In this document: piece after piece, positions 11,378 to 25,092 of the stretch
How the letters are laid out: each line of letters starts with the position of its first letter
Numbering within the stretch: the stretch's first letter is position 1
NCBI RefSeq assembly: GCF_006345805.1
Contig: NW_021834240.1
Coordinates: forward strand, 1 to 64,000
Length of the DNA stretch: 64,000 nucleotides
Direction of reading: 5' to 3'
Source of the DNA: Octopus sinensis
Taxonomy: Eukaryota
The notes under the pieces: generated by a model
The model's input: the letters and a program-made list of their open reading frames with translations, nothing else
Told to the model about the DNA's origin: nothing
Databases searched by the model: none
Made by a program: the position numbers and the translations under genes

Positions 11378-12392
11378 AAGGCAGCGAGCTGGCAGAATTG
11401 TTAGCACGCTGGGTAAAACGCTCAGCGGCATTTTGTCCATCTTCGCATTCTGAGTTCAAGTTCTGTAGAAGTCGACTTTGCCTTTCATCATTTCGGGGTC
11501 AATAAATTAAGTACCAGTGAAACACTGGGGTTGATGTAATTGACTTCCCCACTCCCCCAAAAATTTCAGCTTTGTACCTACAGTAGAAAGAATTATTATT
11601 ATTATTATTATTATTATTGATGAGGAGGTGATCAATAATTATTATTATTGATCAGGTGAGCTGGCAGAGATGTTAGCATGCTGGACGAAACGATTAGCAG
11701 TATTTTGCCCATCACTCTGTTCTGAGTTCAAATTCCGCCGAGGTCAACTTTGCCTTTCATCATTTCATGGTCGATAACGTTATGTGGCACCGTCACCAGA
11801 ACTTTAAAGACAAGCTTCTCTCAGTATCTGTCTACCAAATTTGTTCACAAGACTTTGGTCGGCCCAAAGCTATGGGAGAAGACACCCAAGGTACCACACA
11901 GCAAGACCGAATCCAGAACCGTGTCATTGAGTGGTGGGGAGAAAGCAAACTTCTTATTCCTTATTTCTTTATTGCCCTCAAGGGGCTAAACATAGAGGGG
12001 ACAAACAAGGACAGGCAAATGGATTAAGTCGATTACATCGACTCCAGTGCGTAACTGGTACTTAATTTATCGACCGCGAAACGATGAAACATTGATACCC
12101 CATTTCATTTTTGTTTACATTCTGCCTAAATTTGTTTCGGCAAGGGGCTAAACACAGAGGGGACAAAGAATGACAGACATAAGGATTAAGTTGATTATAT
12201 CGAAGCCAGGATGAAAGGCAAAGTCAACCTTGGCGGAATTTGAACTCAGAGGTCGACTTTGCATTTCATCCTTTCGGGGTCGATAAATTAAGTACCAGTT
12301 ATGCACTGGGGTCGATATAATCGAATGAATCCCTTTGCCTGTCCTTGTTTGTTCCCTCTATGTTTAGCCCCTTGTGGGCAATAAAGAAATAA
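11378..12392. mobile_element. Cluster of SINE B fragments on both strands with an A-like fragment
   Basis: B cores at 11378-11545 (+), 11655-11775 (+), 11955-12085 (-), 12145-12250 (-) and 12250-12392 (+). Confidence 0.75.
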
Positions 12393-12403
12393 GAAGTAAG
12401 AAA

Positions 12404-12812
12404 GCGTAGGAGTGGCTGTGTGGTAAGTAGCTTGCTTACCAACCACATGGTTCCGGGTTCAGTCCCACTGCGTGGCATCTTGGGCAAGTGTCTTCTGCTA
12501 TAGCCCTGGGCCGACCAATGCCTTGTGAGTGGATTTGGTAGACGGAAACTGAAAGAAGCCTGTCGTATATATGTATATATATGTATGTGTGTGTATATGT
12601 TTGTGTCTGTGTTTGTCCCTCTAGCATTGCTTGACAACCGATGCTGGTGTGTTTACGTCCCTGACACTTAGCGGTTCGGCAAAAAAGAGACCGATAGAAT
12701 AAGTACTGGGCTTACAAAAGAATAAGTCCCGGGGTCGATTTGCTCGACTAAAGGCGGTGCTCCAGCATGGCCACAGTCAAATGACTGAAACAAGTAAAAG
12801 AGTAAAGGGAGA
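12404..12812 (+). mobile_element. SINE A, full length
   Basis: Head, core and tail. Confidence 0.9.
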
Positions 12813-13679
12813 GTAAAGCAAATTTCTTACCACACTTCATTTAGAAACCTCCTTGTCCCCTTTTCTATTAGCACCACATGACATATATATCGCCATCCCT
12901 CAGGATTGACTCATCCATTTGGATAATAAAATACTCCTGTGATTGCCGGCCACCTCCTCGACTACAATGTCAGACCAATTAGCCAGAACCCCATTTACTG
13001 CGACACTGTCATATCCCACGCTGCTACGTATGGATGGCCGTGGTCGTTGCACTGGCGCTCTGAAACCTTCACTGTCAATATTTCCTAATCCTGGCACAAT
13101 TCCCACCGAACGAAACACCCCCGACCCCACAACCACCACCCTCCACTCCACCCCAACCATCATCATCGTTATTGTTCTGTGCTTTAATACAGTGGCTAAT
13201 TACCAAACCTAATTACCTCAAGCTTGTTTATGCACCATAAAAATAGGAAACTGTTGTTGTTGTTGTCGTTATTATGACAACTGTTATTGATGCAATTTAC
13301 AGTAGGCTGTGGGTGGTGGAGGAGGTGGTGGTAGTGGTAGCGGCGGCGGTGGTGGTCGTCGTGGTGGGGTGGGTGGATGTTTGGAGTGTCGTTGGTGGTG
13401 GTGGTGGTTTGGTGCTGTTCAATATAAGTCTACACACAAACACAAATATATTCATACATATATATACATATATAGACATACAATATACATAGATACAAAA
13501 TAACATATGTATGTGTGTGTGTGTGTGTGTTATATATATATATATATACATTCACACACACAAATATACATATATACATGCATACATATACAGATATATA
13601 GACACATACATATAGACATCTATACAAGCATACAAAGATATGCACATACATACACATACCGACTTAAAAATACAGGCAT

Positions 13680-13713
<34 letters not shown>

Positions 13714-13727
13714 TACAGACATATATT

Positions 13728-13935
13728 CTTTTATTCTTTTATTTGTTTCAGTCATTTGACTGTGGCCATGCTGCAGCACCGCCTTTAGTCGAACAAAATG
13801 ACCTCAGGACTTATTCTTCGTAAGCCAAGTACTTATTTTATCTGTGTCTTTTACCGAACTGTTAAGTTACAGGGATGTAAACACACCAACATCAGTTGTC
13901 AAGCAATGTTGGGGGGACAAACAGACACACAAACA
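13728..13935 (-). mobile_element. SINE A, 3' half
   Basis: Tail motif. Confidence 0.75.
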
Positions 13936-14177
13936 CATACACATATGTGTATAAATAGACATATATACGCACACATATACATAAATAAATACATACATAC
14001 ACACACAAATATACAAGTATTTAAAATTTTACAAAACGACCGAAATAACAGCCTCCTTATTTTCACATGAAGATTCTTTATGAAAAGACTGTCACACCCC
14101 CCCCCCCCCGTCTTACTACGAAGCACCCCTGATCTGAAGCTCTGCAAGGGACCTCCCTATACCTCACCAGGGACCGT

Positions 14178-14488
14178 ACATCATCATTGTTCGACCGTGG
14201 TCGAGACAATGGAATTTACCATGCTACGCCAGACTTCACGGTCCATCATAGCATTACGGAGATCCTGTTGCTGGATTCCTGTATCCCTGGAGATTACATC
14301 AGGGTAGGAGAGTGTGCGCCCTCTGGCATTGCGAGTAGATGGCTTCCAGAGGAGAAGAGTAGAAATTACCTCGTTTTCAACTCTACAACAATGTCCAGCA
14401 AACTGGACTCTTCTACCTTTCACAAGAGATGACACAGGTGGTAATTTCCCATTTATTTGTACTTTGGTTGGATGACGCTTCCATGAGA
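14178..14488 (-). mobile_element. 5'-truncated RTE-clade LINE, ORF2 C-terminus with a short (TGA)n tail
   Basis: SWKRHPTKVQINGKLPPVSSLVKGRRVQFAGHCCRVENEVISTLLLWKP...DLRNAMMDREVWRSMV*, the typical post-RT R..FAGH..R region. Confidence 0.85.
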
Positions 14489-14491
14489 GAT

Positions 14492-14835
14492 CATCATCAT
14501 CATCATCATCATCGTTTAGCATCTGCTTTCCATGCTGCCATGGGTTGGACGGTTCGACCGGGGATCTGGGAAGCCAGAAGGCTGCACCAGGCTCCAGTCT
14601 TATCTGGTAATGTTTCTACAGCTGGATGCCCTTCCTAACGCCAACCACTCTGTGAGTGTAGTGGGTGCTTTTTACGTGCCACCCACACAGGTGCCAGGCG
14701 AGGCTGGCAACAGCCACGATTTGGATGGTGCTTTTTACGTGCCACTGGCACGGAAGCCAGTCGAGGCAGCACTGGCTTCGGCCACGATTCGGATGGTGCT
14801 TTTTACGTGCCACCGGCATGGAAGCCAGTCGAGGT
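14492..14835 (-). mobile_element. Family D retroposon
   Basis: (CAT)n followed by the family D body. Confidence 0.8.
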
Positions 14836-15001
14836 GGGTAACAAAAAGGTTAAAGTGATCAAGATTAAAATCTGCAATCTAAATTGCATCACAATTTATG
14901 TTCCAAACACTAGTTTAATTAACAAGTTCTTTTACAAAAATCCTCATTACTTTCAGGATTTAATCGCAACAAAGTTCAACAGAATTATGCTAACGAGAGA
15001 G

Positions 15002-15729
15002 TTAACCCTTTCATTACCAACCTGGCTGAAACCACCTCTGGCTCTGTAGTACAAATGTCTTGTTTTCAAAAGTTTGGAATTAGAATCTTCCAGCAAACCT
15101 TAGTCACAATTTATGTTCCTAACACTAACTGAACGGTAACCAAATTATTTGACTAAATTCTTTGTTATATTTAAAATTAATTGAAAGAAACACAGAGCAT
15201 CTCAACAGAAATATGGTAACAAAAGGGTTAAAATATATAATAGAGAAACAATTCTTAACCCTTTTGATACCACCCAGCTGAAACCACCTCTGGCTCTGTA
15301 GTACAATGTCTTGTTTTCATAAGTTTTGAATTAAAATCTTCCACCAAACTTAGTCACAATTTATGTTCCTAACACTAATAACGGTAACCAATTATTTGAC
15401 TAAATTCTTTGTTTATTAAAATTAATTGAAAGAAACACAGAGCATCTCAACAGAAATATGGTAACAAAAGGGTTAAAATATATAATAGAGAAACAATTCT
15501 TAACCCTTTTGATACCAACCCAGCTGAAACCACCTCTGGCTCTGTAATACAAATGTCTTGTTTTCATAAGTTTTGAATTAAAATCTTCCACCAAACCTTA
15601 GTCACAATTTATGTTCCTAACACTAACTGAATGGTAACCAAATTATTTGACTAAATTCTTTCTTATATTTAAAATTAATTAAAAGAAACACAAAGCATCT
15701 CGAAATAAATACAGTAACGAAAGGGTTAA
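15002..15729. mobile_element. Trimer of the same TTAA-flanked MITE
   Basis: Units 15002-15231, 15255-15476 and 15500-15729, with the same 23-bp spacer AATATATAATAGAGAAACAATTC. Confidence 0.87.
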
Positions 15730-15884
15730 ATTGATTGGGAAGGAAATCTGCAATGTAAATTACATGTCAATTAAGATTAGAAACATAAAGTTAAATTAAC
15801 TAAATTCATCGTTATTTTCAGAACAGAGATAGAAACAGTGAATTCCAACAGAAATATGATAAGAAATGAGTCAAGGGTGAATAA

Positions 15885-16047
15885 GGCACAGGAGTGGCTG
15901 TGTGGTAAGTAGCTTGTTTACTAACCACATGGTTCCAGGTTCAGTCCCACTGCGTGGCACCTTGGGCGAGTGTCTTCTGCTATAGCCTCGGGCTGACCAA
16001 TGCCTTGTGAGTGAATTTGGTAGACGGAAACTGAACAAAGCCTGTCG

Positions 16048-16078
<31 letters not shown>

Positions 16079-16289
16079 TTGTGTGTCTGTGTTTGTCCCC
16101 CTAGCATTGCTTGACAACCGATGCTGGTGTGTTTACGTCCCCGTCACTTAGCGGTTCGGCAAAAGAGACCGACAGAATAAGTACTGGGCTTAAAAAGAAT
16201 AAGTCCCGGGGTCGATTTGCTCGACTAAAGGTGGTGCTCCAGCATGGCCGCAGTCAAATGACTGAAACAAGTAAAAGAGTAAAAGAGTA
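15885..16289 (+). mobile_element. SINE A, full length
   Basis: Head, core and tail. Confidence 0.9.
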
Positions 16290-16549
16290 AGACCCGGGTT
16301 AGACAGATTCAGACTCATTCTAAGAAAGAGATGAAGCAAAAACCAAATCAGTTTCTCTTTAATTCCAAGATGAAATCTGAGGAATTCTATAAATGTGACA
16401 TCCCAAATGTTATTCACAGTGGATCATATGTATGTATATATGTGTGTATATATTGATAATTAAATATGCATCAAATCAATCTCAGCTGTGGGAATTGGTA
16501 TGGCTATTCAAATATCATCCACTGCTTTTGTTACAACCTGCAACATAAT

Positions 16550-16581
<32 letters not shown>

Positions 16582-16698
16582 TTGCTGTTCAGTGAAGTTA
16601 AGATCAACAAAAGAAGTGCTCCATCTGGTGAGAGATAAACATTATTCAATTAATACAATACATGTTTTTATGTGTTACTAATAGTTTTATATGATGAA

Positions 16699-16821
16699 CC
16701 ACATGGTTCCGGGTTCAGTCCCACTGCGTGGCACCTTGGGCAAGTGTCTTCTGCTATAGCCTCGGGCTGACCAATGCCTTGTGAGTGGATTTGGTAGACG
16801 GAAACTGAAAGAAGCCTGTCG

Positions 16822-16862
<41 letters not shown>

Positions 16863-17081
16863 TGTATGTGTGTGTATGTTTGTGTGTCTGTGTTTGTCCC
16901 CCTAGCATTGCTTGACAACCAATGCTGGTGTGTTTACGTCCCCATCACTTAGCGGTTCGGCAAAATAGACTGATAGAATAAGTACTAGGCTTACAAAGAA
17001 TATGTCCCGGGGTCGATTTGCTCGACTAAAGGCGGTGCTCCAGCATGGCCACAGTCAAATGACTGAAACAAGTAAAAGAGT
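16699..17081 (+). mobile_element. SINE A, 5'-truncated
   Basis: Starts within the head. Confidence 0.88.
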
Positions 17082-17159
17082 ATATATATATATATGACAC
17101 ACACACATATCCCTGTTTCATATTGGTATGGGTTAATGTGAATACATATATGCACAGAT

Positions 17160-17750
17160 GCGAGGTCTGATCAAAAAGTACTGGAACTGTTACTATGGCA
17201 ACTGAGCTAAAGTATGTGGAGTGAAGCTGCTTAGCCCAGATTGACCCCGGATTCTGCCATGTGTGCACCCAGAGTCCTAGAGTTCTCCCTCCTTTCTGCT
17301 GTTGTTGTTGTTGTTGTTTGTAGCAGTGTTTGGAAGCAAAGTGTGTTGAGTGTGGTTGTCTCGAAAAGAAGACCGGGTCCCAGCCGTGCAGGGTCTCCTT
17401 GGTTGCGTCAAGGAAGAGGGAAACGTTTTAAAAACGGTCATAACAGGGGGCGAATTGTGGGTCTATAGCTGTGACCCCGAAACCAAGGATCAGTCTTGGT
17501 AACGGAAGACTCCAGCAAGATTTCAAGACATCAAGGAAACCCAAGGGAATGTGACAAGGAAGCTCCTCACTGTCCCCAAAAAGGGAGCTCCAGGAATGCT
17601 TCCATTAAGGGAAACGATGCTGGATAAAGTGTGCAGATTCAGTAGGGGCCGACTTTAAAGGGGATTCAATGCCAAATTAATATCGAGTTGTTGTTTTCTT
17701 TTTATAACCCCAGTCCCGGTTACTTTAGGATCAAATCCCTTAAATCCATT
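17160..17750 (+). mobile_element. Internally deleted, decayed mariner element
   Basis: Degenerate TIRs (CGAGGTCTGATCAAAAAGTA at 17161; inverted relic near 17710-17750). Remnant peptide LKTVITGGELWVYSCDPETKDQS resembles the mariner TGDETWxxxYDPETK motif, and a C-terminal QECF..W.RW.KC-like remnant is present. Confidence 0.75.
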
Positions 17751-17886
17751 TTGGGTTGTTTTTATCTATAAACAGGGATGAATAAAGTGTGTGGCTGCAG
17801 ATAGGGGACAACTTCAAAGAAAATACGGAAAGGGTTCAACAGAAATGGACTGAAAAATCTCAAAGACCAGATCCATCAAGATTTTA

Positions 17887-18258
17887 TTTCTTTTATTTGT
17901 TTCAGTCATTTTGACTGTGGCCATGCTGGAGCACTGCCTTTTTAGTCGAACAATTCAACCCTGGAGCTTATTTTTTCTAAGCCTAGTACTTGTTCTATCG
18001 GTCTCTTTTGCTGAACCACTAAGTTACAGGGAAGTAAACACACCAGCATCAGTTGTCAAGTGATGGTGGGGGACAAACAGAGAAACACACACACACACGA
18101 CAGGCTTCTTTCAGTTTCCATCTACCAAATCCACTCAGAAGGCTTTGGTCGGTCTGAGGCTATAGTAGAAGACACTTGCCCAAGGTGCCACGCAGTGGGA
18201 ACGAACCCGGAACCATGTGGTAGGGAAACAAGCTTCTTACCACACAGCCACTCCTGCA
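17887..18258 (-). mobile_element. SINE A
   Basis: Head, core and tail. Confidence 0.85.
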
Positions 18259-18576
18259 CCTGTCTATATGTGAGAAATTTAAGCAGACCGTAGATCTGCT
18301 CAAAAAAAGTGGTTGACCAGTCAGTGTTACCAGTGAAGGAAACGAAATGCTCACAGCTCAAAAATTCACTCCAAAGACCCCAAAAACCAGAAAAGAGGGA
18401 TTTCTATGAATTAGGAGTTTCCCACAGATCTCTTAGATGACTTATGAATCGCTCAGAGAAATGAAAAGAACATTCCACTCATATTAAGCAGCCAAAGTAA
18501 AACTAAGGTTTTCTTCTCATAAAGGCCCCTATTCCTGGTTTCATGGTGCTTATATTCCCCGCCTGGACAGGCTTGC

Positions 18577-18957
18577 TTATTTCTGCCAGCAGAGTGGACT
18601 GGAGCAACATGAAATGGAGTGTCTTGCTCAAGAACACAACACACTGCCCGGTCCAGGAATTGAAACCACAATCTCACAGTCATGAGTCCAACATCTGAAC
18701 CATTGAGCCACATGCCTCCACTAAAAAGGTCTCGAGTCACAAGGGCCAGTTTCCTAGTTTCCAGGGTGTGTATAGTCTCACCTGGATGGGATGTCGGTCC
18801 ACCACAAGAACACTCACTTTGGCCAGCTGAGTGGACTGGGGCTACGTGAAATGGAGTGTCTTGCTCAAGAATACATTGAGCTGCCTAATCCAGGAATCAA
18901 AACCACTATCATACAATCACAAGTCATACATCCTAACCCCTGAGCTACGTGCCTCCA
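18577..18957 (-). mobile_element. Two SINE C head fragments (18577-18720, 18815-18957)
   Basis: tRNA-like heads plus the GAGCAAGACAC core on the minus strand. Confidence 0.7.
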
Positions 18958-19345
18958 CTATAAAGCAGCAGTAAATCTGTCTGGTCAGGCAGGTACAGAA
19001 ATGGGCAGGAAAGCAGGTAAACGGATTAGTCAATAGATGATTGGCTTAATGGATGGAGAGAAGGAGAGAGAGAGAGGGGGAGAGTTATATAGACCAATAA
19101 TTAGATAAATACAGCCATATCCTTAAACAGGTAAGTAAACATATACATGTCTAAATGTCAATATGTGTCACACATACAAACTACACACACACATCTATAT
19201 ATATATATATATATACACACATATATATACAAATCTGACAAACATTTATTGATGTATATACACTCACAAATTATTATGTAAACAAAATGACATCCAGTCA
19301 AACAACTTATGAAGATGGAAGCATCAGTCATTCTCTCTTACACAA

Positions 19346-19383
<38 letters not shown>

Positions 19384-19561
19384 CACACAAGTTTACATGT
19401 AGACATACACCTTCTCACACACACAAGTATGCAAAAATACACATAGAAATACATAACCACATGCATAACCCAATATATATATATATACATACAAACACAC
19501 AATTAACCAATACATATATCTATACATACATACATACATATATGTATATATATATATGTAG

Positions 19562-19800
19562 AGTTAATCCAAACAAGAAAACACAAAAAAACACAACAAT
19601 GCGAGGACGTGGAACAAATATAGTATTATTGGACGCTCAGGAAAGAAGGAAAGAAGGAGGGTTTAACGTTTCGAACGGAGCTCTTCGTCGGAAACATAGA
19701 AGAAGGAAAGATCCAGAGAAGGGTAGACAGAAGAAAAAAAAATTGCCAATGGTACACACGAGGTCACATTTTGAAAGACCGGAAAGAGAAGGGTGAAGAA
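19562..19800 (-). mobile_element. Penelope-pLTR-like short repeat (family G) with a hammerhead-like motif at 19661-19695
   Basis: Three similar copies (19562, 26142, 61558). Minus strand GTTT-CCGACGA-A-GAGC-TCC-GTTC-GAAAC-GT-T-AAAC. Confidence 0.6.
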
Positions 19801-20142
19801 AGATGTTTTCAAAGACAGAAGAGTAGTATGGTCAAAGACAGCGGAATGTAGGAGGGGGAATGTGTGTGTAAGTGTGGATGTGTGCGTGATATATATATAT
19901 ATATATTCTTTTACTTGTTTCAGTCATTTAACTGTGGCCATGATGGAGCACCACCTTTAGTCAAACAAATCGACCCCAACCACCCTAAAACCACATTTCG
20001 AAGGACCATTGAGAATGCAAAGAGACAAGAAGGGCAGAGAAGCTGGAATGTAGCCAGTGATGAAAAACAAAGCTGATTGGAGAGATGAGATGATGTTGAG
20101 GCCTCATATGCCCCATGGCACAGAGGGAACTTAGTAACTAAC

Positions 20143-20624
20143 ACCTATTTCTTTACTACCCACAAGGGGCTAAACACAGAGAGGACAAACAAGGACAGAC
20201 AAACGGATTAAGTCGATTACATAGACCCCAGTGCGTAACTGGTACTTAATTAATAAGGCGGCAAGCTGGCAGACGCGTTAGCACGCCGGGTGAAATGTTT
20301 AGCGGAATTTCGTCTGCTGCTACGTTCTGAGTTCAAATTCCGCCGAGGTCAACTTTACCTTTCATCCTTTCGGGGTCGATTAAATAAGTACCAGTTACGC
20401 ACTGGGGCCGATATAATTAACTTAATCCGTTTGTCTGTCCTTGTGTGTCCTCTCTGTGTTTAGCCCCTTGTGGGTAGTAAAGAAATAGGTACTTATTTAA
20501 TCGAACCCCGAAAGGATGAAAGGCAAAGTCGACCTTGGCGGAATTTGAACTCAGAACATAGCGGCAGACGAAATACTGCTAAGCATTTTGGCCGGCGTGC
20601 TAACGTTTCTGCCAGCTCGCCGCC
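20143..20624. mobile_element. SINE B (+, 20257-20490) nested antisense inside SINE B (-)
   Basis: The minus copy resumes after the plus copy; GGTACTTA.TT occurs at both junctions. Confidence 0.85.
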
Positions 20625-20995
20625 CTTTTAAGAAGGGCATCCAAGCGTAGAAACCACGCCAGAAGAGACAAATGCAGCTTGGCACAGTCGTCGTGATCTT
20701 TGGATCATGTCTGAAGCACATCCGACCCATGCCAGCATCAAAAGCTGACAACTAATGATGGGGATAATCTTTCTTCGCAGTTAATTCAATGTTATTGCCA
20801 GCAGCTTATCAAGACATCCTTTAACCACACACACAACCAATTCAGCGAATCCATTGAGGCATTCAGTCGTTCACTAAGAGTGCTCAACAACCTAGAAATC
20901 AATATGTAGCTATGACCAATGTCTCGCTGACAAACCAACAGAAAGAATAAATAGCAATACACACACACACACACACACACACGTTTTTATATTCT

Positions 20996-21408
20996 TCTTT
21001 TCTTATGCTTGTTTCAGTCATCTGACTGTGGCCATGCAGGAGCACCACCTTGAAGGGTTTTGGCCAAACAAATCGATCCTAATACTTATTCTTTATAAAC
21101 CTAGTACTACTAATTCCATCGGTCTCTTTTGCTGAACTGCTATGTTAGATGGGACATAAACACACCAACATCAGTTGCCAAGCGACGATGGTGGGGACAA
21201 ACATGGACACAAACACACAAAACCATGTACATATACATATATATATACAATGGGCTTCTTTCAGTTTCCGTCTACCAAATCCACTAACAAGGCTTTGGTC
21301 AGCCTGAGGCTATAGTAGAAGACACTTGCCCAAGGTGCCACACAGTGGGACTGAACCTGGAACCTTGAGGTTGGGCAGCAAAATTCTTACCACACAACCA
21401 TACCTGCA
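20996..21408 (-). mobile_element. SINE A, diverged
   Basis: Head, core and tail. Confidence 0.8.
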
Positions 21409-21412
21409 CATT

Positions 21413-21448
<36 letters not shown>

Positions 21449-21715
21449 ATATATATTGTTAAGAATTAGGTTTGTAAAATAATTTACTTTACCACTAATT
21501 ATATAACGTAATGTTTCAAATATACCATAAATGGTCTTTCTACATACTGAACACTACTTGGTAAAATTATTAATAATCAATTAGTTTTACCCTTTTATTA
21601 TTGACTAGTAGCCGAAGAGAAAGAACAATGGCTGAAAAGGAGTTTATACACACCTCAACCACAATAATAAGTGGTGATAGTAGAAAGTAACATATACATA
21701 CCACATATATATATA

Positions 21716-22114
21716 CCAGCAGTATCGCCCGGCGTTGCTCGGGTTTGTAAGGGAAATAACTATAAAGCAATTTTAGAGAGTTATAGCCAAAAATAGCAAA
21801 AAATGCATTAAAATGGAAAAAAAATGATGGTAAATTTTTTTTTAAATCGTTGACTCATCGTAGACATTTTTAGAGAGTTACTTCCCTTATATAATAGCGA
21901 AGAAAATGCATTAAAATGGAAAAAAATGATGGTAAATTATTTTTAAAATCGTAGACTCATTGTAGATGCGCGCTAATACCCAGAAGGGCTCGATATGAAT
22001 CACGACTATAAGATACCTGGTTTTGGTTACACTGCACCGCAAAATGTGGGAGTAGTTAGGAATCTAAATCGGAGTAGACAGACACTCACACAACTTCACT
22101 TTTATATATATAGA
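21716..22114 (-). mobile_element. Mini-Helitron family H1 with an internal ~65-bp duplication
   Basis: Reverse complement of 6741-7044; terminal CTAG reads CTGG; same subterminal hairpin. Confidence 0.82.
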
Positions 22115-22407
22115 TATATAGTCAGTTTAGCCGGAATATATCTGGGAGTTCAAGAAGTTATGAAAAGGGGGTTAAATGGTTTTGAGACAAGCTGGTGGTG
22201 GTGATGACGGTGTGGCAGGTGGTGTGTGTGTGTGGGGGTTTGAAGGTATTTAAGAACGATGACATCACACACAGCCTCTGCAGTTGGTTTCTGTCTGCTT
22301 TACAGACATTGCTATATACACAGACGTGTGTGTGTGTGTATAAATATATATGTGATTGTGTGTATGTATGTATATATGTGTGTGTGTCTATATATACACA
22401 TATGTGG

Positions 22408-22442
<35 letters not shown>

Positions 22443-23608
22443 CATCATACATAAATATGTGTGTTTATATACATGCATGTATGCGTGAGTGTATGTGTGT
22501 ATATTATATACGTATCCATGTGTGTGTTCATATATACATACATACAAAGAGAGAGAGAAAGATTCCTCTATTTCTCTGTCTCTCATTTTCTATCTTTCAA
22601 TTCATCAACCTCTCTCTCTCTCTCTCTTTTTTTTTAACGTCTGGACACACACACACTTCCTTTCGACTACACTTTTCTGTCTACCACACACACACACCTA
22701 GCTGTGTAAACGTAACTCCTCTGATTAAACAGAAACACACACACACGCAGTCTATCACACACAAACACTACTTGTCTGCCCATCACAAACTGACACTGAA
22801 TACACAGTGATATATATATACACACACACACACATGATCTGTCTATGATATAAACACATACAGAGAAAAAGCACATTGGAGCACACATTTACACAAACGC
22901 ATACACACACATGTACACATAAGCATAGATACATCCAAATGTATACAAACACATACACACACTAACATATATATATATATATCAATGCACTATGTTGATG
23001 GTACATATAGACACACATACACACAAGAACATGGTAACAGGCAGCACACACACATACACACACACATACACACACCACCATCTGTCTACCTCTCACACAC
23101 AGTTACACATACACACAAACACACACTGTCTATATCTAACACACATACACACACAAACTATATCAACATACACACAAACACATTATCTTATACAGTGTCT
23201 CATTCTCTCTCTCTCACACACACACACACAGCCAATATCTAAGACACACACACACACACTGTCTACCACATAAATATACACACTACTATCGCTTTAATTG
23301 CTAATTATGTATCTTATACACACCTCTAATAAATATAATTACATCTTGCCTATAAACTATCATTATACATACAGCTGGGTGTATATAAAAATGTCTGATA
23401 GCATCAGGTGCAATAAATATACTCATATAAATACAGGTTTAATAGTATTAGTCGTTAGTGCATATATACATACATATATAAATATATATACATACATATA
23501 TACACACACACATATATATATATATATACACACACACACATTACATATATATATATATATATATACACACTCACACACATTATATATATATATACACACA
23601 CACATTAC

Positions 23609-23641
<33 letters not shown>

Positions 23642-23645
23642 TTAC

Positions 23646-23708
<63 letters not shown>

Positions 23709-23849
23709 TTACATATATATATATATACACACACACACATTATATATATATACACACACACACATTATATATATATACACACACACACATTATATATATA
23801 TATACACACACACATTATATATATATATATATACACATACACACACCAC

Positions 23850-23908
<59 letters not shown>

Positions 23909-23925
23909 TCACACATATACATTTA

Positions 23926-24281
23926 TATTCTTTCTATTTTTGGTTCATTCATTTGACTGTGGCCATGATGGAGCACCACCTTTTAGTTGAACAGATCGAT
24001 CCTGGGACTTATTCTTTGTAAGCCTCGTACATATTTTATCGGTCTCTTTTTGCCAAACCGCTAAGTTACAGGGACGTAAACACACCGACATCGGTTGTCA
24101 AGTGAGTGGGGGACAAACACACACACACACATACATACATACGACAGGCTTCTATCAGTTTCCGTCTACCAAATCCACTCAAAAGGCTATAGTGGAAGAC
24201 ACTTGCCCAAGGTGCCATGCAGTGGGACTGAACCCAGAACCATGTGGTTGGGAAGCAAGCTTCTTACCACACAGCCACACC
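23926..24281 (-). mobile_element. SINE A
   Basis: Head, core and tail with an internal deletion. Confidence 0.82.
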
Positions 24282-24704
24282 TATATATATTATAGGAGAG
24301 ACAGAGTCTATCTCTCCTTCCTCATCTTTCCATTCCTACTGGGGTAGCCATGTATCTCCTCTATTATACTCTCCCCTGGCAGCTCCCAATGTGGGGGGAG
24401 GGGTCAATGCCCCCATTGGGAGCTGTGGAAAGATCCAGAGGGGCATTGAGGAAAAATGGCAGGATAATAGGGCGGCCAAAAGGGAGCGATGGATGTTAGG
24501 TAGTTAGAGATGTGAGTTGGAGGTGAATGTAGAGTATGATGAAGTAAGGTGGAGGGGTTGTGGATGGTTAAATATTCAAGGGAGGGAGGGAGCGGTGTGA
24601 AGGAGGGTGTAATAACCTTGTAGAGAGAGAGGAGAGAGAGAGATGTACAGGGAGAGAGATGGATGTGAGAGGTGTGTAGTAGGGATAGGTACAATGAGTG
24701 AAGG

Positions 24705-25092
24705 TGCAGGAGTGGCTGTGTGGTAAGTAGCTTGCTAACCAACCACATGGTTCCGGGTTGTGTCCCACTGTGTGACATCTTGGGCAAGTGTCTTCTGCTA
24801 TAGACTCGGGCCCACCAAAGCCTTGTGAGTTGATTTGGTAGACGGAAACTGAAAGAAGCCCGTCGTATATATGTATATATATATATATATGTGTGTGTGT
24901 TTGTCTCCCTAGCATTGCTTGACAACCGATGCTGGTGTGTTTACGTCCCCATTACTTAGCGGTTCGGCAAAAGAGTCCGATAGAATAAGTACTGGGCTTA
25001 CAAAGACTAAGTGCCGGGGTCGAGTTGCTCGATTAAAGGTGGTGCTCCAGCATGGCCACAGTCAGATGACTGAAACAAGTAAAAGAGTAAAA
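24705..25092 (+). mobile_element. SINE A, full length
   Basis: Head, core and tail. Confidence 0.88.

Noticed and set aside
12880-13166. GC-richer unique segment with 88-89 aa ORFs on both strands
   Set aside because: No recognisable domain or convincing splice pair.
16325-16425. YKCDI...IHSG resembling a C2H2 zinc finger
   Set aside because: The second Cys, the spacing and the first His are absent.
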